A stretch of 63,103 nt of DNA, filler included, from Basidiobolus ranarum (lineage: Eukaryota): assembly GCA_040143965.1 (NCBI GenBank). It is 3 parts of 3 records of this genome, joined end to end, with 100 filler letters (N's around TTAATTAATTAA, not from the genome) between each part and the next. Parts side by side here need not be neighbours in the genome. Positions count along the whole stretch, not along the records: positions 42,169 to 63,103 come from JASJQH010000217.1; 2 more parts are not named here. One strand, written 5' to 3'. The notes beneath the pieces are model-generated. The model worked only from the letters and a program-made list of their open reading frames with translations. It searched no databases and was not told where the DNA came from. The translations under genes and the position numbers were made by a program. Positions 54,176 through 63,103 of this stretch are shown here, one piece after another. Within the stretch, counting starts at the first letter, position 1, and every line of letters begins with the position of its first letter.

Positions 54176-54969
54176 GGCAGTTTGTTGGTAGTGCCTTGAA
54201 TTATTCTGCCATTGCCTTTAATTATTCCCTTACTGTATATCCTTGAAATATCTGAATTTATCAATGCACATAAACTTGACCTCAATTTTTCAATCTAAAC
54301 AGTGGAGCTCTGCATCCTGTTAGACGATAGTATGTCCCTATATCATCATAAATACTTGAACTGAATTAAGCTCCACTGGTTAATGAGATACCATCAGCAG
54401 ATATGGGTGTATCATCAAAATCAGTAATAGTAAGGGTTAGGGTTAGGATTCTCTTCATCTTGAAGACTTGAGTTGTCATATATATATGATATAATAATCA
54501 TTATACACAAATGATAATCCATGTCAATTGGGTCGAGGACAGTCCAATGAGCTGTATCCGAACTTCAACATACTGTATTGTGTTCCCATACTATACATTG
54601 GCCCTGTTGATCCAATATCTTATTATCTTTTATTTCAAAGATAGCACCAACAAGATAATGAGAGTCATTAATAATATAACAGAACAATGTCTTCGAAATC
54701 TCCAACCAAACCGAGCTAGTGCTTACATCCCATAATAATATAATGCGACTGATAGCTAAGCACTATATCTCACATGCGAACAACTAACGAAGCGCGGATA
54801 TCTCAATTTAAGTAACTAGTTTAGTGTTGGACCGATTTATTATTTAGGCTTGGATTGGTATTGGAAATCATAAGGGTGGTTATTGTTTAGAAGATAACAA
54901 AATTTGTAGATTTCATATAAAGGGCATATCGTTGTTGGGAAGTTAAAGTAATATAGGCACTATATAAAT

Positions 54970-56716
54970 TTAGCTGGAAGACATCAAGTCTGGAGTATTG
55001 CATCTTCCAGGATTCCTAGCGCACCACAAAGGCTGTAGAGGCTCTGCCATGATACCGCGACGGACAAGGCGATTTCTCACCTCATGAAGTCTTAGCTGAG
55101 CGTCAAGAAGAGTGCGAGTGTTTCCTTTCTGATCTTTGGATCCGCTCCAAAGGACCTCAGCTGCCGCCGAAGTTCGGGGCCAAAGATACCTGTCCAGGTT
55201 GGTGAAATCGGCTTGTTCTGTCCACAACAAGACCTCACCACCCCAGATATTCTTTGCCTCACTCTCAGTCAAATTGGCCAGAAGATCGTAAGAGTAAACG
55301 CGCTGCCAAGTTTTGTATGGATCACACCTAATATTGTATGGATGTAAGTTAGCTGTTCAGAAGATCAATGCACAAAAATCCTTACCATGAAATAGATTTC
55401 TCATCACCGCCCACAAAGTCACCATGGCCACAATCAAGATACCAATAATCGTTGGAGCTAGCCAACACGGGGTAGCCCTGAGCAGCGACCTTCTTGGTAT
55501 ACTCAGGACCCAACCACACCTCGATTAAGGTGTCTTTGGGGACAGTCAAGTTGTGATGGGTCACCGCCTCTTGCCAAGTGATAGGGATCTTCTTGTTCTC
55601 TCTGATCCAACCGTGGGTTTTATCTAAGAACGGCATTAGAATCTGATTGTAGTCGTTGAATCCCTTCGCTGACATGTAGTTTCTTATGCTTTCTGATGAC
55701 ATCCAGCACTCGAACCGGACCTCGTCACCACCGATGTGAATAAAGTCAGAGTCAAACCAATGGACTACCTCGTCCAAGAACGTTTTGACTAATCGATCGG
55801 TACGAGGGTTGGTGATATCAAGCTGTCCACTTACTGGCTCTGCAGCATGGACATCCCAACGGTTGTAGTCCATGCAGACGGTCAAATCTGGATGGGATAG
55901 TCCCCAGGAGTACGCATGTCCAGGCAAATCAAACTCAGGGATAATCCGCACCCCTCTTTCTAGACCGTAGCGCACCAGATCACGAACTTGCTTTTCATCA
56001 TACATCATGTCCGGACCGTATGCTCCCTTCAGTGCTAGCTCGGGTGTTCTTTTGGTTAGCAACGGGAAACTGTGCGAGTCAATGATATGCCAGTGAAGAA
56101 TGTTCATTTTGTTGTAGGATAATCCGTCGATGGTGCGCTTGATATCCTCTACGGAGAAGAAGTTACGCGAGGTATCCAGCATAAGACCACGGTATTTGAA
56201 GGCTGGCCAGTCATGGATGGATATTGGGTAGTTGTTTATGTATAGTCGGTTCTCTTTGTTAGAGTAAGATACTAATTGCGCAAAAGTCTCCAATCCCCTC
56301 AGAGCTCCAAAGATTGACTTGGCCTTCAACCTTCCCTCCCTGGAGTTCTCTTGGAGTTGTAAACTGTAAGATTCGTCAGTATTGAAATCGTATTTTGGAT
56401 TGTTGTTTTCTATCTCAATATGAACGACGTTCAAGTGGGTAGACTCGGGCTTTTGCGACCAAGTACTAGCGCGAAGCAAGTTCTGTGGATCGTTAGCCTT
56501 CATGCGATCATTGCGAATGATACCGTGATAGCGCTTTACGGCAAGGTGAAGGATATCAGAGTGTCCTTGGAAGTTGAACTTGAAGTCTTGGCTTAGGAGT
56601 ACCGTAGAGTTGCCATAAGTGTATTCCTGAGGTATTGGCCAAATTGTGGCACTGACTAAGGGGAAAGCTAAACTAAGTAGGTATAGCGCGGTGGACTTCT
56701 TTCCTAGGAAAAGCAT
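54970..56716 (-). CDS. GH20 beta-N-acetylhexosaminidase, 2 exons
   Basis: YRGLMLDTSRNF, KMNILHWHIIDSHSFP, IPEFDLPGH, HIGGDEV, YWYLDCG, GGEVLLWTEQ, WPR. Confidence 0.97.
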
Positions 56717-57632
56717 TGTTGGCAGGGTGAATGAAATATGTGACACTGCCTTGAGGTCTGATGGGGTTTATAAACATGTCGACCACTAAACACAATCCTG
56801 AATTAAGATTGGCTGCCAAGTCTCCTGCATCATATTGCAATGCGATGATAGGGGGATGTATACGGGCAATATTTCTAATGCAACAACAAAGGAAATCGGT
56901 GATTATTCCTAGGGTCTAACTAGTCATGCTTTCTAGCAAGTAATTTCCTACGTTTGCCGAGCGTGATAACACAGAAAACATGTAGCTGCAACTGGGAAAT
57001 CGCTTTCTTACATCATCAATTATGATCTTTACAAGCCTCCATTGTCCGCACAGCTGATGGCTTTGGCGAGAGTTCAGTGGTGCACCTTCCCTCCATTTAC
57101 CCATGCACAGACTACCAAGAGGTACTCTTCTGTCAAATTCTCGCTAGTACACGCCGAAATCAAGAAAATAACTAAATGTGACTTCACTATTGTCTAATAT
57201 GGTTTAATTGTTGGCTACACGTCGACTTGGATCCCTGTTCTCATTCCTCTTTTCAAATCTGTCAACATGTATATGATAGATCTTCTTGGCTTCATTGGGG
57301 ATGCCCCGCTCGTGCTCGTAAATTCATGTCCTCTTTAGGAAATATTCTCTCCAAAAACAGGGATCTCCAAAGGTGATCCATCTTTAATTTAGCGACGTAC
57401 GTATGATCGCCCGAAACCCCGGCGATCGCATCGCTCTCAAGCCCTACACATGCGTGAGGTGATGTCGTTACGTTACGCTCTGCCAAATACGATGTGATAT
57501 GCTCTCACTTCTATATTACAAATGGATATGGTTTATTTGATAACATAATGAATGATCTAACGTGAAGAAGTCAATAGAAGCCCTCTACTTGGATCAACGA
57601 TTAATTAGTGAACATATGATAATGGAAACGAT

Positions 57633-59442
57633 CTACAAGAATTCACGAGGACGATCACCCTTTCCACCCGCCTGGTCGAAAACGAGACCGGCAACCTTGA
57701 AAGCAAGTTCGTCACACTCATGACGAGTGGCTGCTTCAGCGTAAACACGAACAACATCTTCAGTACCGGAAGGACGAACAAATGATCTTCCATTATTATA
57801 TTTGGCTACCAATTGCTCTATCTTCGACTGCAATCCTTCGGGAGAAGCCAGAACTGTATCGGCTTTGATAGGCTTGAAGATGGTACGATCACTAACGACA
57901 ACCTTGCCCAAACGGCTGGGTAAATCGGTGTATGCTTGGTCCCATTCCTTCAAACTCCATTGACGGTGTGTAAGAATTGCCTCCACAAGCAACATATCAG
58001 AGATGGCATCACCAACTGCTTGATTAATAACCTCAGTTAATGCACGTAGTTGTTCAATAGCACTGGCTTGGGCGGGGGTACGGCCTTCAGCGGTATGAAT
58101 GGTGCGCATAGCTTGAGGGCTGAAGACAACGGTACCGTGACCGTTTGCCTCGAAATAGACTCCAACATCATATTTTTCAGCCTCGTGATGCAAATGTTTA
58201 ACACCAGTGCATGCAAATGAAACTGGAAGTCCCAGGTCTTTAGTGAGGTAGGCAGTAGAACTACCGTTGGCATATGCGGTTTGTACGACACCAACATTGA
58301 CTCCCTCCAAACCAGCGGCTTGAACCAATTCTCTGATGTACATAGAGGCCAAACCAGAGATTTTATCACCATCCAATAACTTGAAGGTCTTGTTGTCAGA
58401 GTCGACGTAGAAGTAGACAATGCGATCAGCATCACCATCATAAGCACATGCACGATCGCCATGAGTCAGAGTCAGCCCGCTAGGGAAGGTCTGATTAACC
58501 TTAACAAAGTCAGCACCACACTGGTGATTGAGCTTTCCAAGAGTATCAATATTATCGTTTACGATCTTGACTGAGATAGTGTCTTCACCAATGACTTGAG
58601 CCAAGTCACGAAGTTTAGGAGCGCCAACACCGTTAGCACAGTCAACAAACAATGGAGAAAGCTTTTGTTTTCCTTGGGTGAGCTTTTTGAATGCAACAGC
58701 AAGTTTGTTATAGTATCCTTCTTCGGTGGGTTCACCATAAGCTTCAGGAGTACCACTGGTATTCAAGCAGCGAACAACGTAATGTAATTGTGGTGTGGTT
58801 TTGATTTGGTGGTCAATGAACTCAGCATCAGAGGCCTTTAAACCATCAATTAAGGAGGAAACCAAAGCTGGCCCACTTGGTCTGGTATCACGAGCGAACA
58901 CAATTCTAGCTGGCTTGGATAAATCAATCTTGGCAACTGAAACAATGGATTCAAGCTCTTTTACAAGCTCCTCATCAGTAGAGGCGTTGGCAAGTTTGGT
59001 GGCATAAGCTTCCCAAGATTGTTCAAGCATTTCACCTAATGGATCAACAATTTTGACACCATTATCCTGTAGCAAAGTTGGGTTAGAAACGTATACCATA
59101 CACAACAATTACGACACAAACAAACAACATACCGGTTCAGGATTGTGAGAAGCAGTAATCATAATGCCGATGGTTTTACCATCAAGCTTTTTGGAACGAA
59201 GGACAGCTAAAAGAGCAGCTCTGAAGATAACAGAATCCAATAGCTCGGCTCTAATTTGAATGAATTAAGTTAATAAGAGGAAACACTCACTACATTGAGA
59301 TGGCCAAAGAGTTCAAACAAAAGTGCAGGAGAATAGATACATACTTCATACGGAAACCAGCAGTACCATACTCAAAAGTGATTCCCTCTGGCTTAGGGTG
59401 GGTAGCAGAAGCTTGCTTGATTTTGTTAAGGTCGAACGACAT
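57633..59442 (-). CDS. PCM1: Phosphoacetylglucosamine mutase (Pcm1/Agm1/PGM3), 3 exons
   Basis: [53 protein letters not shown]. Confidence 0.97.
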
Positions 59443-60077
59443 TATGATAATTGTAAAGGTGTAGAATTACAACGTGAACCTTTGAAATGCCAGGCTATTT
59501 AACTAGAGGATTGCGTACATTGTACATGACCTAAGGTAACACTCTAATTGGTAGTAATTATAACAAGACTGATGATTGGCTGTGGCTACTAGAGCGATAA
59601 CCTTCATGTTGTCCAGTATCCTAATTCGTCCATCTAAATAAATATAGCGTTGTTACAAATATAAATACTATTCGGCGATATTGCCAGCGATAAGCAAATA
59701 TTTTTGTAGATAATTAGTTCTAAAAAGGCATGGAAATTCATAACAAAAGGTCCGATTTCCATGCTAATGGATAGGTAAACAAGCGGTTTCACTTGGATTC
59801 AATGCGTAAACTGATAATAGTTGATCTAGAGTATTCGTCATACATCCCGATTCAAATCACTACAATACAAACCTAGATGCTTTTGTGCCCTATCGTATTA
59901 TTACCATAGGAAGCAGGGTTACTCATGCCATATGTGTGCGACCAACAAGCCCTAGAGTTGTGGAGAAGAGAGATTAGCTGCGAGTGGCATTACCAAGATT
60001 ATTTGATGCTCTATTATTATCCTAAACTTTATATGTGTTTATCGCTTACAAGCATTTAGCGGGCTAAGATATAACCC

Positions 60078-62052
60078 GTCTTGGTTCCAAAATCATCTAA
60101 CGCTACTGGCTGGCATGGTCTTCAAACAATTTTGGTTTGTGCACCTATTTGACGAAAAATATTAGCTTTTATTCTCTTTTCTCTCTTGTATCCCGGACAG
60201 TACCTTAAAAGGCCATGGCATTCTACAGTTGACATCTTGTTTCTTCTAAAAACTCTCGAGTTTGGAATAGTTTTGAATTTTTCCAATTCTGAGAGCTCAT
60301 ATTCGGGGAAACAACTTGAAGTGATGAACTTGTTCAACAACAGAACTTCGAACCCTTCTTTTCGCAGCATACGTCGCATTCCTTTCCCTCTAATTGACTC
60401 GTGAAATTTCACATTCGCAGATGACCGGTCACCTAATACTAAATAGCATCTCCGAATTTCCTCCTCAAACTGTTTGCTAATTTTTGGTCAGATTGTTGTC
60501 TATTAATTTTGTTGGAGAACTTGATTTTTCTGAAAGGTAATGCCAGTGATGGTGTCTGTCAAATCATCTACCTTTTTACGGCGATATTCGTACTCTTTCT
60601 TGGAAGTTTCTTCAGAGCTATTTAAACAATTGGTAGTTTCTTTTACTAAGGCATCCAATCTTTTATTTCTCGTCCATATTAAGCTTTGAAAAGTATGTTT
60701 ATCTTGAAGGACAGCACGAACGCGATCCTCAGATAGTTTGAAATTGCGCTGAGTTTCGGAAAGAGCAGCAGTGTGATCAACATCAGCAAAGCTAACAGCA
60801 GCAACGCCTGCGACAACATCAGCAGTATTATCTTCATTAGTAACCGACTCTACTTCAGTAAGACCTTCCCGACGCGGAACTCCAGCATTTAACTCCAAAG
60901 GAACCGTATCTTTCATTATTACAATAGTAGCTTTTTAGTGCCTTTGAAACACTGGCTTTTATCTTGAAGTACTCGATAAAATTTTCAGTCATCACTGTTG
61001 AAGCAGGTGTTTTAATAAGATGATTTTCAAGCTCTTATTAGATTAATGACATTACCCCAAATATCGACCTTGTTTCCAGTGAAATTCTTGTTTTTCAATA
61101 TATGATAGTTCAAAATCTTGGTATCTATTGTCATATAAGAAGGGATAAAGCCTTTTCGCAGTGGGAAGCAGTTAAACGATTCCATATCATTCTCTTCGCA
61201 TACTTTTACGAGCATATAAAATGCGCGTAAATGTTGCTGCGGGTTTGCTTTGACGTCGTAGTAAACAGAGCCCTTTGCCAACTTGTAAATGTCAGGGTAA
61301 ACATCCAAAGAGTTTTGAATCTGATGCACAGCCATGTCATCCAAGAAATTTGCTGGAGCCGTTGGTACAGTTCTTGAAGATATTTCTGATTTAATCTTAT
61401 TGCAGACATCAAGTATATTGTCTTCGACTGAAGTTTTTATTTCCTCTTCTGAGCAGCTGTTGCTTTTTATATCTTGAGTCAGCTTCTCGATCTGCTCTTT
61501 TTTTCGTAAAACCTTGTTTAGAAACATTCTGAGACGATTTCCAAAGTGAAGAGCTACATTATTAATGTAGGCGGTATGAATCTTGGTGCTCTCATAAATT
61601 GTTATTTGTTGAACATTTGCCAATTTAATAGGTGCATAAGAAGCAAGTTGACAATATTCTTCTTTATAAGTGTTTATTTTCTCTCTCGCCTGACGCACTT
61701 TGGCTGAAAGCAGGGATTTGCCGGTCGTACTTCCATCTCTGACCCGTTTGTCAATAAGAGACACAAAGACTTCACAAAAAATCTTTTGTCACATATTCTT
61801 TCAAGCCGAATTCATTGTCTTTTGCAAACTCTTTTATAAAGATGAATTTTAAAAAGGCAAAACAACTCCTTTAGTACGGGCCTGTATTGTTCCTTCCATT
61901 CAATGGTAGACACCAACATCTTGACAGTCATTATTCTCTTAACGGTTGACGAAGAACTCTTTAGCTTCCTGTAAAAGCAAAAGATATATAAGAACAAAAA
62001 GTGTGACTGTTCATGTATGCTATTTATTTACCTATAATGTTTCTTCTGACAT
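60078..62052 (-). pseudogene. Decayed Fanzor1 (TnpB-like RNA-guided endonuclease) gene with introns
   Basis: Fragments in order: WKEQYRPVL; FLKFIFIKE...TKDFCEVFVSL; TAYINNV..HFGNRLR; YYDVKANPQQH; FPLRKGFIPSYMTIDTKIL; LPFRKIKFSNKINRQQSDQKLANSLRRKFG; VLGD.S..NVKFHESIRGKGMRRMLRKEGFEVLLLNKFITSSC; HGLLRCTNQNC; FWNQD. Frameshifts, stops and deletions throughout. Confidence 0.85.
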
Positions 62053-63103
62053 AGTGTAGTATAAAATTATGTATGGGAGATAAAGTGGAAAAAAAGAAAA
62101 AGAAGCATGTAGGTTATTTTTGAAGATAAATTAGTTTGTTGACGACATGCGTGGATGTGACGCTTTTATAGAGTTTGAATGGTGTGAGAATTTAAAAGCA
62201 TTTAGACTTCACTCAGCCTCCAAGGGATTAACCAAAGAGCTAGAGTTGCCAACCTCATGAAACAATGCTGAGATCACATTGCATATATATTGAGAAATAG
62301 CACACTGACATGTTTGTGCCAAGTCAAATATCTATGCTTAACAAATTGTACTCAGAACGCTAATTTAGTGGAGTAGACCGGAAATCTTTGGGATACTCAT
62401 CTTGTTCTGTGCAGAAACATGCCGCATCTAATGTGTTAATTCAATAGTAGTCGAAGTGCCTTTCTAGTGAGATTTCCCTCACATGACATCTCCTACTATG
62501 AAGATTGCCACAACTAGTAGAATTCGTCTCATTTATAATGATGGGTTTTGACTGGACATCATTGTTTTTGCGGGTTCTCGTGCTACACGAGAATACTAAA
62601 TCGCCAACTTCAGGCAAATCTCGTTTACTTGCACATCCACGACATCAGTTTTATCTTTATACGCGGATACCAAAATATGCAATACAGTTGGTGTATTACC
62701 TAACACTGGTTGTGCATTCTGTTTCGAGGTAGTGTATGATAAGTCCATCGAACCTACAGCTGTGTGCATCACAGAGCATATCATGCGCCAGCCAATGGAT
62801 GAGAAAGTGATCAAGAGACATGAATAGTCATATCGCACTTACAAGACTAATGCTAACTTTACGGTGAACAAACAACGTTTGTACTCTGAGCAGATTAGAT
62901 GACTGAGTGACTCTCTAAACCAGTATCCATTCAAGACCACTTTTGTCATGAATGTGTTAGGTGCCCGACTGGGAGTGGATATGAAACCTCGAAGAATACA
63001 CTGTGAAGCTCATGAGACGGAACATATGTGAGCGCAAAGGAAGAGCGGTAAGGGTAGGTGATTAGAATGCGAGCTCTCAGTTACACTACATACGGATATA
63101 TCG

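Noticed and set aside
54432-54446. Two TTAGGG-like units (also ~46271)
   Set aside because: Too short to call an interstitial telomere; expected by chance.

Overview
Eukaryotic, intron-rich fungal DNA with short GT-AG introns. The gene repertoire suggests an early-diverging lineage (Zoopagomycota/Mucoromycota-like; inference). Two 100-bp spacers (N44-TTAATTAATTAA-N44) split the window into three pieces whose adjacency is not guaranteed. Housekeeping genes: ENT nucleoside transporter, VPS24, a Reg1/DUF1752-like protein, an Slx1-like GIY-YIG nuclease, GST, NVJ2/TEX2, ubiquitin-L40, IPK1, a P-loop kinase, an ODC carrier, GH20 hexosaminidase and PCM1/AGM1. There is also a run of secreted or surface protein genes (Cys-rich GPI-type protein, GH18, DOMON-cytochrome b561, PL14, GH72) and a HEXXH protease. 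The most notable observations are: (1) a decayed, intron-containing Fanzor/TnpB-like RNA-guided nuclease gene at ~60.1-62.05 kb; (2) a spliced 56-aa secreted six-cysteine peptide gene missing from the ORF track (40118-40365); (3) two tandem microprotein genes sharing only the C-terminal motif PRYH[RK][LI]GYKYG[IV]GF; (4) an SSUH2-like CaaX protein, a PAP2 pseudo-phosphatase and two copies of an LTR-like repeat. All family assignments come from motif recognition, not database searches.
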